Part shown: piece after piece, positions 20,132-30,852 of the stretch
Layout: each line of letters starts with the position of its first letter
Position numbering within the stretch: the first letter of the stretch is position 1
DNA from: Candidatus Uhrbacteria bacterium
GTDB taxonomy: Bacteria > Patescibacteriota > Patescibacteriia > UBA9934 > GWF2-40-263
Assembly (NCBI GenBank): GCA_016188475.1
Contig: JACPHT010000007.1
Coordinates: 80,467 to 144,466 of the forward strand
Reading direction: 5' to 3'
Length of the DNA: 64,000 bases
Position numbers and translations under genes: made by a program
The notes under the pieces: model-generated
The model's database searches: none
What the model was told of the DNA's origin: nothing
What the model saw: only the letters and a program-made list of their open reading frames with translations

Positions 20132-21138
20132 ACTGAATCTTTGAATGCGTCTTCAACCACAACCGCAACCATTGTTGCAAGAGGAATCGCAAGAATCGCG
20201 CCAATAATTCCTCCAACTTTCAAACCAATCAGAAGTGCGAGAATACTTAATATCGGACTAAGGCCAGTAACTTTTTGCATGATCTTTGGAACAAGAACAT
20301 TATTTTCTATTTGTTGGATAACTAAATACAAAATAACAGTTGCAACTCCAATTACAGTCGATTGCGCAAATCCGATGATCGCGGCTGGAATCAGCGAAAC
20401 TATCGGCCCAACATAAGGAACGATCTCAAAAAGCCCGGCAATGACAGCGAGTAAAAGCGCATACGGAACGCCAAGCAATTTAAGACCAATGTAAACAACC
20501 AAGCCTACAAAAAATCCAAGAATGATTTGTCCGCGAAGCCATGCTCCGATTTTAGCCTGCATTTTTTTGAGCATCTGCGTGATATATGGCTGATATTCAA
20601 CTGGCGCGAGAGTTTTGAAATACTTGCGCATGCTGTCTTCTTCAACAACTAAATAAAACGCAAGCACGAGCACAATCAAAAGCGCGGCAAGGCCGCCAAA
20701 AAAACCTTTGACAGTTGTGAAAAGAGAACTTGCTGACGCATTTATGTTTTGTTGAAATGATTGAATGCTGGCTGTAATACTTTCAAGAATTTGATGTTTC
20801 GCTTGGAACTGAACAAAAAAATCAAATATGTCTGTTGAACGCGATGAGATATTTTGAACAAGTTGAACTGACTGTTCGGCAATGATCGGAGCTAAGACAA
20901 CGATAATAACTGAAGCAAGCGCGAGGAGAATTGTATAAACAATTAGAACAGCAAGACCGCGAGGAATACGATGCTTCGCAAACCAATCTGCGAACGGATC
21001 AATAACCGAGGCAAGCATGATTGCGACAACCAATATCGCAACGATCTCGCGAACAAACCACAAAAACCATAAACCAAGAATAATCGCGACTGCTTTTATA
21101 AAAGTTCCGGTTGAGATACTGATTGTATTGGATCGCAT
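20128..21138 (-). CDS. AI-2E family transporter
   Basis: PYVGP, IQQIENNVLVPKIM, GGIIGAILAIP motifs; start MRSNT follows an extended -10. Confidence 0.92.
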   Translation of the reverse strand: MRSNTISISTGTFIKAVAIILGLWFLWFVREIVAILVVAIMLASVIDPFADWFAKHRIPRGLAVLIVYTILLALASVIIVVLAPIIAEQSVQLVQNISSRSTDIFDFFVQFQAKHQILESITASIQSFQQNINASASSLFTTVKGFFGGLAALLIVLVLAFYLVVEEDSMRKYFKTLAPVEYQPYITQMLKKMQAKIGAWLRGQIILGFFVGLVVYIGLKLLGVPYALLLAVIAGLFEIVPYVGPIVSLIPAAIIGFAQSTVIGVATVILYLVIQQIENNVLVPKIMQKVTGLSPILSILALLIGLKVGGIIGAILAIPLATMVAVVVEDAFKDSV

Positions 21139-21232
21139 ATAGTGAAAGTATAACACAAAGTGACGGAGTGATGGAGTGAAACAAAAAACACCCCGAACTT
21201 TTTTCAAAGTTTAAGGGTGAGAGAGTTGAAGA

Positions 21233-22138
21233 TCATTTTGCAGATTCTGCGACAGTTAATGTGGGCACTGGCCCTGCTGCCTGCGCTGGTTCTTCAAACG
21301 CGAAGCCGTAACTTCCCGCGATCTTGTCTAAAACTTTCATAGCTGTAACACAGAACGAGTGCAAATCCTTTGAATGATGTGCCATAATATCATGTTCGAC
21401 TTCAGCGAGAATCTTCGCAAAACGCTTGGCAAGCATGATATTGACCGAGTGAGCAAAGATGAAGTCGTGCGACAAATACCTGTAACCGACTTTCACGACA
21501 CATTTGCCGGTATGAAACTCGATCTTCGACATTCCATTTCCGAATTCAACACCCGCCGAGTCGTAGACTGCCAGAAACTTGTGTAGTACCTCTCCAACCG
21601 GAATCTGTTGACCGCGCAGTCCCATGCACTGCACACATTCGACACCTTCTACTGAAATAAACCCGGGCCGAATGTTCGAATAGATTTCTGTCGGAATCTT
21701 TCCGCTATCACCATCGAGTTGCAACAAGTGATCGAAAATACTCGCGACCACTTTTTCTACACCTTCACGAATCTCGTCGTCGCTTGGAAAACGCGCGAGC
21801 TCTTCGGAAAGCCTCGCTGACGTGATCGCAAGAATTGGTGAAAAGACAGTAACGAGCTTTAATCGCGAACCACTGTCAAGCCCCTTCGGAAGCACTGGAG
21901 TTAACATCCCCTCGTCAAGACTGAAGCACAGAAAGTATCTGCCTGGCACGAACTTGATTTTGTTCTGTATGCAAATGTCTGCGACCTTCCATCCAGAAGG
22001 ATTGCTCTTTGGTATTGTTACTATGTTAGTAACTTGAATTTCGCCGTCTTCTGTTACTTTCACAATCCAGCTCAATGCTACCGCGGCTTTTGTTGGATCA
22101 GGCCGCGCACCTCGAACAATGTGTTTCCTTCTTGACAT
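21233..22138 (-). CDS. Hypothetical protein
   Basis: About 300-aa ORF with SD aggaggtg before ATG 22138. Confidence 0.7.
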   Translation of the reverse strand: MSRRKHIVRGARPDPTKAAVALSWIVKVTEDGEIQVTNIVTIPKSNPSGWKVADICIQNKIKFVPGRYFLCFSLDEGMLTPVLPKGLDSGSRLKLVTVFSPILAITSARLSEELARFPSDDEIREGVEKVVASIFDHLLQLDGDSGKIPTEIYSNIRPGFISVEGVECVQCMGLRGQQIPVGEVLHKFLAVYDSAGVEFGNGMSKIEFHTGKCVVKVGYRYLSHDFIFAHSVNIMLAKRFAKILAEVEHDIMAHHSKDLHSFCVTAMKVLDKIAGSYGFAFEEPAQAAGPVPTLTVAESAK

Positions 22139-22285
22139 TCTCACCTCCTTGTTCGACGTTTAAGTCAATAAATGCCCAAAAAGACTTTATCAAAGATTGA
22201 CAAAAACGCAAAATCGAAGTATTCTTGGCCGACGAGCATTGGAATTATTTCCGATATCTAATCTCCGATTTCCAACCTCTTAATT

Positions 22286-22676
22286 GGGGCTGATCGGTAT
22301 CGATGGAAGTCCCTTACATTGTGATCAAGCCGAGCAGGCGCGGCTTCTCGTAAATCAATCCGCGCAAGACGATAAATGCAAACAACGTCATTGCGAAAAT
22401 CAAGAACGCGCTTCGCGTTCCAACATTCGCTCCTGTTCTCGCTTAATACCCGAGAACCGTCCGCCTCGGTGATGCTCAATAATCGAATCGCGGCGTCATA
22501 AATGTGAGCTGGAAAGTGCAGTCGTTGGTCTCGCACTTTCGAGAATTGCGATCAACACCTGCACGCGCATTTGTTTCCACTTCAAGCGCGCGCTTGTAAA
22601 CAAGTGGAAATGAGCTTGGAAAAATCGCAATGTGAAGCCTTACCAGACCGGGGTTCAATTCCCCGCAGCTCCACCA
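22286..22676 (+). ncRNA. ssrA: tmRNA; tag reading frame 22378-22446 encodes (A)ANNVIAKIKNALRVPTFAPVLA*
   Basis: 5' GGGGCTGA, 3' GGTTCAATTCCCCGCAGCTCCACCA, ATAAAT-GCA resume context, smpB nearby. Confidence 0.95.
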
Positions 22677-22711
22677 ACTAAAATTCCCGACAAACGTCGG
22701 GAATTTTAGTT
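22677..22711 (+). terminator. Terminator after tmRNA
   Basis: actaaaattcccgac-aaac-gtcgggaattttagt. Confidence 0.75.
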
Positions 22712-23217
22712 ATATGTTAAGGGGAATTGAACGTGAAAGGTGCTTGAGTGAAACGGAAGTTTCCCTCAATAGGATGATGTGGAGGAATGGGTAACGCCTT
22801 CCAACCATTATCCTTAGTATTTTTACTTTTGTCATCCTGAAGAAGGTACTGCCACTCCTGGTGTCATGAACGAGAGCCAATTATCCCTTCGACAAGCTCA
22901 GGGAATAATTGGCCGAGTCGAAAGCTAAGTTATTGACTGAGCCTGTCGAAGGCCATAACTTTACGCTCAAAACCTTGACAAACTGACACAAATTTGCTTT
23001 ACTGAAAGGTAAAAATTGATTATATTTTAGTTCAATTTTGCTCTTGTTATTTGCAAACTTGTGAGCGAATCTCCTTGAGATTTTGAAATGAGCAGCGCAT
23101 TGAGTGGCTGAAATACCAATTGTTGCGCTAACAGATATTCAATGCGCTGCTCATAACGAGTTAGACCTCGTCGCGTAGGACACGCGATTCAAAATCTCAA
23201 TCAGAAAGGAGGGCGCT

Positions 23218-23877
23218 ATGCCCCGTCGTCAAGAGTTTTGGGGATGGATCGTTTTCATCCTCGGCGCTGGGGCATATCTGCCCATAGCGATTGGAGGATG
23301 GCAACATCCAGCGGAAGTGAACATCGCGTCGTACAGCATCTGGCTCATAATCTCTGGCATGTTGCTGTACTCGTCTCACTCGCAGGGTTTTGCATGTTGG
23401 CGTATGCCTCTCGGGTTTTTCTTCGGGAATGGGTCGCTACTCGTTCTTGGGTTTATCCGAGGAGGGTACACGTTCAACCTCGGCCCCGCGGAGACACTCG
23501 CGCTATACGGCGTGATTGGTACGCTGTCGGTGTGGGTTACCGTGGGAACGATGACGAAAAAATGGAAGTCCCGTATTCTCTTCCTGGGAGGAGTTACGGC
23601 GGACATCCTCTCGTTTTACCCGCAGCTCAAGCAGTACCTGCTTCCGCATGAACCGCCTACGCACCTGATGATACTCGGCTGGTGTCTATGGATTCTCATG
23701 GCCTTCATCAACATCATTCTGGTCGAAGAGTTCTTCAAAAAACTCATGATGACTAGAGCGACGTATGAACTGCACTATAAGAAACCCAAGGATGCGCTAC
23801 TAATTGCCGAGGAATCTATCTTCTCCATCGAGAATGGCGCGTTCATGATCGTCACGGTTCTCGTGATGATCCGATAG
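23218..23877 (+). CDS. Polytopic membrane protein of unknown function
   Basis: 219 aa, SD aaggagg, several TM helices, downstream hairpin. Confidence 0.8.
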   Translation: MPRRQEFWGWIVFILGAGAYLPIAIGGWQHPAEVNIASYSIWLIISGMLLYSSHSQGFACWRMPLGFFFGNGSLLVLGFIRGGYTFNLGPAETLALYGVIGTLSVWVTVGTMTKKWKSRILFLGGVTADILSFYPQLKQYLLPHEPPTHLMILGWCLWILMAFINIILVEEFFKKLMMTRATYELHYKKPKDALLIAEESIFSIENGAFMIVTVLVMIR

Positions 23878-23981
23878 CAAAGACAAGCTCTCGGCGCAAC
23901 TCAAGGCCCCCGTGGTAGCAATATCACCACGCGGGGCCTTTTTAGTTTATACAAAAAAGACGTTCTTCGTCTGAAGTAACG

Positions 23982-25793
23982 TCAGGTTGCCGTTGATTGA
24001 GTCAACAGCTTTTCGTCTGCCTCCTTAAATATCTTCTCGACTTGCGCGATAGCGATCGGATGATAGCCCGATCGAGCATTTTTGAATATCTGCTGTGCCA
24101 GTGTGAGTTCAACTCGGTTGCACGACAGCGCGCGATAGATCGGAAGAATGAACTTCATCCGACCGACTTGAGTGAGCAGTCTTTCAACCGCCTCGCCAAT
24201 GTCGTTGTTCATGAATTTTGTCTCGAGACAGAACAAGAGATACGACCAGCGAACTTCGATGTTTATTGCATGTGCAAGACCGAATTGCAGAAGCGACTCT
24301 GCGAAACTCGCGGGAAGTTCGCGTGAAAGCGACTGAAGGTACAATACCCACTGGTTGGGACTCCATGCGTGGGAATCGATCGGCACCGTGTTGCATTGAG
24401 CGTCAGTCAACGCGACTGATGCCTTCTGCGATTTCACGCGCGGAGCATTGATAGGCACACCTTCCCCATCCCACCAGTCAAGGTGATGCACATTGTCGAG
24501 CACGCCCGGTAATTCACAGTCAACGAAATCAAGAAAATAGGCCGTTTCTATCGAAGTGAACTTGAACACCTCAATGTAGCTTCGAATGAACTTGTCGAAA
24601 CGAGCACGACCGACAGCTTCCTCGAGCATCTGAACGAACATCGCTCCTTTGACGTACGGAATGATCGAGAAAATGTCGTCCGGATCGTCATCTTGTGTAA
24701 GTTCAACGTGCAACTTCGTCCACGCTTGCTTGCCTGTCGCGAAAAAGCGATCCATATCTCGCTTGAGATCTCGCTCCTGAATCGCCATATGCAGAAGCGC
24801 TTCTTCTTTGCCGTAGATCTCTTCGAGAATGCGATGTTCGAAGTAGGTCGTCCAGCCTTCGTTCAGCCAGAAGTCTCCCCAACTGGCGTTTGTGATGAGA
24901 TTGCCTGTCCACGCGTGCGCAAGTTCGTGCGCGATGACGAATGCCATCGAACCGGTTCCTGTCACGATGGTTGGTGATAGAAACGCGAGTCGCGGATTCT
25001 CCATTCCGCCGTACGGAAACGAAGGCGGAAGCACGAGCATATCGAACCGACCCCATTCGTACGGACCGGCCAAACGCTCGGCCGCTTCCATGATCTTGCC
25101 GATATCCTTGAATTCGGCTTTTGCGGCTTCGACCATTTCTTTTTCAGCGTACACGCGACACCGATCCGTTATGTCTCTTTCTTCCAGATCGCCGACAGCA
25201 AGCGAAACGAGATATGCCGGAATCGGCTGTTGCATTTTCCATCGCTCGACAACACGCCCTTCGAACTCTCTCCAATCGCTTCGAGAGATGTGACTTGCGC
25301 CCATGAGTGCGCGTAGTTCTTTCGGAACAACGATCGTTGCGTCGAAAGTAAAACGAACTTCTGGAGTCCCCTGACACGGCAAGAAACTTCTCGTGTGCAA
25401 GCACTGACCTTGCGTGAACATGAACGGATGACGTTTGCCACTCGTCTGTTCTTTGGTAAGCCACTGCAAGCCGGAAGCCGTTGGACTGGTCTTGTACGCG
25501 ATGTGAATCATCCTGTTCTCAGGAACAACGAACTGAATTCCGTCGCCAATGACAGGATGATCTCCGATCCGCGAGAAATCGAGGTCAATGAAACGATTGT
25601 CTTTGACTTCTTTGATGTAAATGCCGCGCAAGTCAAGAGTTGTTAGTCCAGACTTGTCGAACGTGATTAGAACAGTGCAGTTAAGAACACGCTCTGCAAA
25701 GTCCACCTCAACGTGCCAGCGCACATGTCTCATCTTTGGCTGACCATAAGAGTAGTGAGAATGAGGATCAAATCGAACGGTTTCGTTTGCCAT
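23982..25793 (-). CDS. M1 family aminopeptidase (leukotriene A4 hydrolase-like)
   Basis: PYGGMENP, HELAH-x18-E (WLNEG), C-terminal VGRMKF; SD ggagg before ATG 25793. Confidence 0.93.
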   Translation of the reverse strand: MANETVRFDPHSHYSYGQPKMRHVRWHVEVDFAERVLNCTVLITFDKSGLTTLDLRGIYIKEVKDNRFIDLDFSRIGDHPVIGDGIQFVVPENRMIHIAYKTSPTASGLQWLTKEQTSGKRHPFMFTQGQCLHTRSFLPCQGTPEVRFTFDATIVVPKELRALMGASHISRSDWREFEGRVVERWKMQQPIPAYLVSLAVGDLEERDITDRCRVYAEKEMVEAAKAEFKDIGKIMEAAERLAGPYEWGRFDMLVLPPSFPYGGMENPRLAFLSPTIVTGTGSMAFVIAHELAHAWTGNLITNASWGDFWLNEGWTTYFEHRILEEIYGKEEALLHMAIQERDLKRDMDRFFATGKQAWTKLHVELTQDDDPDDIFSIIPYVKGAMFVQMLEEAVGRARFDKFIRSYIEVFKFTSIETAYFLDFVDCELPGVLDNVHHLDWWDGEGVPINAPRVKSQKASVALTDAQCNTVPIDSHAWSPNQWVLYLQSLSRELPASFAESLLQFGLAHAINIEVRWSYLLFCLETKFMNNDIGEAVERLLTQVGRMKFILPIYRALSCNRVELTLAQQIFKNARSGYHPIAIAQVEKIFKEADEKLLTQSTAT

Positions 25794-25818
25794 TTGGCAC
25801 CTCCTGCGCAAAACCCTA

Positions 25819-26265
25819 TCACTCTTTCATCTTTTCGCGCAACTGCCTGTCTACATCCCGCTTTTTTATGGCCGCGCGCTTCTCATATTTCTTTTTTCCG
25901 CGAGCCACAGCAAATTCAAGTTTAACTAAATTTCCTTTCAAATAAAGACTCGTTGGAATAAGCGTCAAGCCCTCGGATTTTCTTTTTCCAATGAGCCGAT
26001 TGAGCTCTCGTTTGTGAATTAGAACCTTTCGATCGCGTGTTGGATCGTATTCTTGTTGAACACCAGCGGCCGGTGGATATTTTGATATGTGAGCGTTCTT
26101 TAGCCAGAGTGTTGTGCCGCGAATATCAAGAAAAGCTCCTTTGAGTTGAACAGAACCAGCCTTGACTGATTTGACTTCAGGACCTGTTAAAACCAAACCT
26201 CCCTCGAATTTATCAAGGAGGTCGTAATCGAATCGCGCGTGTTTGTTGATCGCAAGAGGTGGCAT
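25819..26265 (-). CDS. smpB: SsrA-binding protein
   Basis: NKHARFDY, LTGPEVKS, RGKKKYEKR. Confidence 0.97.
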   Translation of the reverse strand: MPPLAINKHARFDYDLLDKFEGGLVLTGPEVKSVKAGSVQLKGAFLDIRGTTLWLKNAHISKYPPAAGVQQEYDPTRDRKVLIHKRELNRLIGKRKSEGLTLIPTSLYLKGNLVKLEFAVARGKKKYEKRAAIKKRDVDRQLREKMKE

Positions 26266-26285
26266 AATATATTGTAAATTAAATT

Positions 26286-26460
26286 ACGTCGTTATCCCCT
26301 GAGCTTGTCGAAGGGAGTCGAGGAGGAGTAAAGAAGCCAACTGCTTGGCTTCGTACCTCCGAGACGGGTTGGACGATGTCTGGCAAAAAGCCAGACCGTA
26401 CAACACCAACGACGAATTCGTCAAAAATTTATTCCTTCGACAAGCTCAGGAAATAAATTT
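26286..26460. mobile_element. MITE/REPIN-like element with cargo (copy 2)
   Basis: Near-identical to 3587-3760. Confidence 0.75.
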
Positions 26461-26655
26461 ATTAACTCCACTTTACACGAATACTTGCCCTTCGACCATT
26501 CAATTTGTCATAGCCATCCAGAGTTAAATAGAATGGCGACAAGCCCAGTTAGAAGCAATGCTCCTAACTGGTCAAGCTCAGGACTGCGCGTTGTCACATT
26601 CCATGACAACGCTTGTATTTTTTCACTGTTTTGCCTATACTGCCATCATCAAATT

Positions 26656-27207
26656 ATGCGTATCCATCGTCATCGTCAGAGAAAATCATCGCTCAACATA
26701 CAAAAATACAAAGCAAACGATCGTATTCGTTCCGAAGAAGTCCGTGTCATTGATGAAAACGGTCAGGCTCTTGGTGTTATGCCAACAGCAAAAGCCATTG
26801 CGCTTGCTCAAGAAAAAGAGCTTGATTTGGTTGAAGTGTCACCTCTTGCTATTCCGCCTGTTTGCAAAATTCTGGACAACGGACAATTCAAATATCAAAA
26901 AGAAAAAGAAGCTAAAAAACAAAAAGCTCAATCAAAAGAAGTTGAAATGAAAGTGATTCGTCTTTCTGTTCGTATTGGAGACCACGATTTTGAAGTGCGC
27001 CTAAAACAGGCTGGAAAATTCTTGGATCGCGGCGATAAAGTAAAAATCGAACTTCCAATGCGTGGACGCGAAAAAGCTCACAGAGACGTTGCTGAAGAAG
27101 TTATGAAACGATTCGAAAGCGGTTTACGTGTAAATTACAAACTTCGCGTTGACGAAGAACTTAAATATCTTGGAGGACGATTTACAATAATCGTGGCCAA
27201 GTCTTGA
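26656..27207 (+). CDS. infC: Translation initiation factor IF-3
   Basis: NDRIRSEEVRVID, LDLVEVSP, PPVCKI, RGRE; followed by rpmI-rplT; start codon uncertain. Confidence 0.95.
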   Translation: MRIHRHRQRKSSLNIQKYKANDRIRSEEVRVIDENGQALGVMPTAKAIALAQEKELDLVEVSPLAIPPVCKILDNGQFKYQKEKEAKKQKAQSKEVEMKVIRLSVRIGDHDFEVRLKQAGKFLDRGDKVKIELPMRGREKAHRDVAEEVMKRFESGLRVNYKLRVDEELKYLGGRFTIIVAKS

Positions 27208-27258
27208 CAGTAAACCAGCATTTCTTTATACTTCGCGCGTTATCAATATCATTCTGGT

Positions 27259-27447
27259 ATGAAAATCAAAACACATAAATCCATCTCAAAACGGTTCAAA
27301 GTCACGAAAACCGGAAAAGTCATCAAACGTTATTGCGGACAGGATCATTTTAATAGTCGAGATCCGGGAAAAATCACACGCAAGAAACGTCGCGACAAAA
27401 CTTTTGTGTCGCACGCAAAGGCTGTAAAAACTTTAATTTCAAACTAA
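27259..27447 (+). CDS. rpmI: 50S ribosomal protein L35
   Basis: KIKTHKSISKRFKVTKTGK. Confidence 0.95.
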   Translation: MKIKTHKSISKRFKVTKTGKVIKRYCGQDHFNSRDPGKITRKKRRDKTFVSHAKAVKTLISN

Positions 27448-27448
27448 T

Positions 27449-27793
27449 ATGCCAAGAGTTAAACGAGGGGTCCAGCACGTCAAACGACGCAAGAGCCTGC
27501 TCTCAAAAACAAAAGGAATGATGTGGCGACGCAAGTCAAGCATTCGTGCCGCGCGACCAGCAATGCTTAAGGCCGGAGTTTACGCTTACCGCGATCGTCG
27601 AAACAAAAAACGGGCGTTTCGAAGACTTTGGCAGATTCGTCTGAATGCCGCGCTTCGCCCACTTGATACTACATACAGCCGATTTATTGATGGTTTGAAA
27701 AAGTCTAGTATCACGCTTGATCGAAAAATTCTTTCAGGACTTGCCAAAGATCATCCTGAAGTGTTCAAAAAAGTGGTTGAAGCAGTGAAATAG
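27449..27793 (+). CDS. rplT: 50S ribosomal protein L20
   Basis: MPRVKRG, YAYRDRRNKKRAFRRLWQIRLNAA. Confidence 0.97.
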   Translation: MPRVKRGVQHVKRRKSLLSKTKGMMWRRKSSIRAARPAMLKAGVYAYRDRRNKKRAFRRLWQIRLNAALRPLDTTYSRFIDGLKKSSITLDRKILSGLAKDHPEVFKKVVEAVK

Positions 27794-27867
27794 TTGACAA
27801 AATAGCACTTCTGTGCTATTTTTGTTTGTTCCGGAATGGGTTCCGGACAAAGATTGGAGGATAAACA

Positions 27868-28563
27868 ATGGCAAATTCATTGAGGATCCTTCCGGATCCG
27901 CTCGAAGTTGGACAAGGTTTCATAGTCAAACTCAGAATCGACGCCGCCGAAGCAAATCAGGGCGACAAGTACATGCTTGTGATCACAGACCCTTCCGCGC
28001 CTGTTGTGATAGACATCCACACTGATGAGATTACAACGAAATCAGGCCACTCTGCTGTTCTCACGTTCGAAAGTGTGGACGGATTTCAGGCCATTGGACA
28101 TTTCACATTCTTTGCAGTGAACGAATCCGATCCGCTCAAACCGATCCCAGGCACACAGCTTGAATTCGATGTGGACCTGCCGGCTCCGATTCCAACTCCA
28201 GCTCCAGCGCCGACACCACCTGCTCCGCCAGTTGTTCCTCCTGTTGTTCCAACTCCTGCTGTTGCAACTCCGGCGGCTTCCACTACTACCGCACCTTCCA
28301 CCTCTTCTTCAACCTCTCCTTCAGCTTGGCGCTTCATGAGCCACGGAGTGAGCTGGGTCACAGCTTTCGTGGTCGTGCTCGCCGCGCTCGTGATCGGCAT
28401 AGGGATACTGTTCATGCCGGCGTGGGCCATCTGGCTCATTGCGAAAAACGGCAACTCGCAGAACGTCCAACCGATTTCTGCTAGCTCGAGTGGTCAGACC
28501 ATCAACCCCACTTGTAAAGTGGGTTGTAGCGCTGTGGGAAATCTCTACTTTCCCAGGCAATAG
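27868..28563 (+). CDS. Hypothetical protein: beta domain, Pro/Thr linker, C-proximal TM
   Basis: SD ggagg, 231 aa. Confidence 0.75.
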   Translation: MANSLRILPDPLEVGQGFIVKLRIDAAEANQGDKYMLVITDPSAPVVIDIHTDEITTKSGHSAVLTFESVDGFQAIGHFTFFAVNESDPLKPIPGTQLEFDVDLPAPIPTPAPAPTPPAPPVVPPVVPTPAVATPAASTTTAPSTSSSTSPSAWRFMSHGVSWVTAFVVVLAALVIGIGILFMPAWAIWLIAKNGNSQNVQPISASSSGQTINPTCKVGCSAVGNLYFPRQ

Positions 28564-28705
28564 TTCTCATGACGGTCGTTCCGGAATCTCCGAACGATCG
28601 TTTTTTATTAACTGAACCCGCTTATCATTATTGCCTGAGCTTGCTTGCCGACCATAGCCTCTAGCGAAGGTTGGTCGAAGGCAGTAATATACGAATCAAT
28701 AGTTT

Positions 28706-29410
28706 ATGTCTCAAACTAGAATCAACAAATATCTTTCTGAAAATGGATATTGCTCACGCCGTGAAGCAGACCGACTTATTGAACTCGGTCAAGTTTTTAT
28801 AAACAACAAACGCGCACAGCTCGGCGACAAAGTTTCTGAAAACGATGATGTGCGTGTGCATGGTCGCAACAAAAAATCACCACCGGAAAAAATTTATATC
28901 ATGCTCAATAAGCCAGCCGGAGTTATAGTCACAACTGACCAGAACAAAAGAGACAACGTAATTGATTTTATAAACATCCAAGAGCGCATCTTCCCTGTTG
29001 GCAGACTTGATGTGAAAAGCGAAGGGCTTTTACTTTTGACAAATGATGGAGTGCTTGCAAACAGACTCATGCATCCAAAATACGAACATGAAAAAGAATA
29101 TGTTGTTTTGGTTGATCGACCTCTTGACATAAAAGACATAAAAAAGTTACAAACTGGAGTGAAACTTGATGACGGAGTAACGCTCCCTGCAAAAGTCCGA
29201 AAAATGGATGATAAGCGTTTTGCAATAATTTTGCGAGAAGGACGAAACCGGCAAATCCGACGAATGTGCGAAGCGATCGGGTATCGCGTTGAAGCTCTTA
29301 CACGAACACGAATTCTCACACTTCGAATGCCATCAACTTATCCTGTTGGAAATTGGCGCTCGCTGACTGAATCGGAAATTCGAGAATTAAAAAAAGCGGT
29401 TGGAGAATAA
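28706..29410 (+). CDS. RsuA/RluB/RluF family pseudouridine synthase
   Basis: S4 domain (CSRREAD), GRLD catalytic motif, EGRNRQIRRM. Confidence 0.95.
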   Translation: MSQTRINKYLSENGYCSRREADRLIELGQVFINNKRAQLGDKVSENDDVRVHGRNKKSPPEKIYIMLNKPAGVIVTTDQNKRDNVIDFINIQERIFPVGRLDVKSEGLLLLTNDGVLANRLMHPKYEHEKEYVVLVDRPLDIKDIKKLQTGVKLDDGVTLPAKVRKMDDKRFAIILREGRNRQIRRMCEAIGYRVEALTRTRILTLRMPSTYPVGNWRSLTESEIRELKKAVGE

Positions 29411-29412
29411 TT

Positions 29413-30402
29413 TTGTTTCCTCTTCTGCGGCATGCGCACAAAAGTTTGCGCGCAGTTGCACAGGAGGAAACGAAAGTGAAAGATTCTCGAATTCCAAAGA
29501 TCGTCAGCACATGTTTTGCGTCTGGAGCAATCACGCTTCTTACACTACTCATCGCGGCTCCGTCGCTCGGAGTTCTCTGGTCAGTGCTAGTCAGCGTGAT
29601 AGTCGGAGGATCAGTCGGATACTTCGGCTTTCAGTTCCGCGAAGTTCTGCGCGCAATTCCGAAAGCGGCCAGCGCAAGCATTCCGGCTGTGTTGCGTGTC
29701 TTCAGCAAAATACGCGAGTTCTTTTCAAAGCCACGACCGTTCCTGTTTGGAGATTTGTTGGTTAGTGCAGTCTCGTCCTTCTTGTTTGTGACGAATAATC
29801 ATTCAACAAGGCTGAACGAGCGTGGACTACTGATCCTTGGAAGTTTATTTGTGTTCACTTTCTTCATTGCAATCGCATTGTTTCAAGTATTATTTCTGGG
29901 TATGCCATTAGAGTGGAGAGATTCAACATCAGAAAAGTGGAATCTACGAAGGAAATCTTCACTAGAAATCAACAAGGTACTAAATGCGAACTTCCCGCAA
30001 GAAGTTCTCTTTGCATCAATAAGCTGGAAACACATGCTCGAACTTCACTTGGACGCGCTCATGAATGTCGTCATAGGTGTATTCCTCATTGTCGTTTACT
30101 TAATAGTCGGAATCACAGCTATTGCGCCAGTAGCCATCTACTTCAGCGGAAAGTTCTTCTGGTATCTTTTCAAGATCATCCACTCGGATCACAGACTCAT
30201 CTGCGGTGTGAACGGACCTCTTGGCGGACTCGCGGTATTCTTCGCTCTTTGGGCCTATCATGGATCCAACTTCGCGGCGATTCCGGCATTGGAAAAAATC
30301 GCATTCGTCATGGTCGCCGGCGTAGTCTCTATCAGCCTAGGACTCGTCGCTCATTTCTTCATTGGCCTGCGTTGGCTCAAAAAGCTCGCACAAGAAATTT
30401 GA
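29413..30402 (+). CDS. Hypothetical membrane protein
   Basis: 329-aa ORF, several TM helices; start uncertain. Confidence 0.65.
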   Translation: MFPLLRHAHKSLRAVAQEETKVKDSRIPKIVSTCFASGAITLLTLLIAAPSLGVLWSVLVSVIVGGSVGYFGFQFREVLRAIPKAASASIPAVLRVFSKIREFFSKPRPFLFGDLLVSAVSSFLFVTNNHSTRLNERGLLILGSLFVFTFFIAIALFQVLFLGMPLEWRDSTSEKWNLRRKSSLEINKVLNANFPQEVLFASISWKHMLELHLDALMNVVIGVFLIVVYLIVGITAIAPVAIYFSGKFFWYLFKIIHSDHRLICGVNGPLGGLAVFFALWAYHGSNFAAIPALEKIAFVMVAGVVSISLGLVAHFFIGLRWLKKLAQEI

Positions 30403-30418
30403 TAACAGGGGGTGAAAC

Positions 30419-30805
30419 ATGCTACGGCCGATTCATGTGTTCATTGTTGGCGGAACTTGGGGTCAAGTGCCTCTGAAAGACACGAAAGAGTGGTGCGAGC
30501 TGATCGCTTTCAAGGCAAGAGATGCAAGGTGTGAATATGGAGATCGTGAGCTGATCGCCTCAAGCGTTAAGATCATCGACGACTTGAACGACGGAGATTT
30601 GCGCTCTTATTTAATGTCTATGAACAATAAGGTCGTCGTGTTCTTCAACTCACGCGGCAATCTCAGCGCGGCCAGGACGTTCAAGAAAAGCTGTCCATCT
30701 GCTTCAGTCTATGTGATGACCGCCCTCATTCCTACCGACGAGGTGACGATCCTCAATAAGGATATTCTAATCGACGTTCCAAGCCTTGGCCCTTTCCTTC
30801 GATAA
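30419..30805 (+). CDS. Hypothetical protein
   Basis: 128 aa, SD-like gggggtg. Confidence 0.6.
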   Translation: MLRPIHVFIVGGTWGQVPLKDTKEWCELIAFKARDARCEYGDRELIASSVKIIDDLNDGDLRSYLMSMNNKVVVFFNSRGNLSAARTFKKSCPSASVYVMTALIPTDEVTILNKDILIDVPSLGPFLR

Positions 30806-30852
30806 CCAGACCTCTCTCTCTCCGCCATTCGATTAGCTCATGGCGGATTTTT

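Noticed and set aside
22258-22658. Short ORFs at 22258-22658
   Set aside because: They overlap tmRNA; only the tag frame is meaningful
26485-26655. N-terminal extension of IF-3 in the ORF track (likewise 61822-61959 for LCP and 42320-42445)
   Set aside because: Extensions run through repeats or tRNA sequence; downstream ATGs fit better
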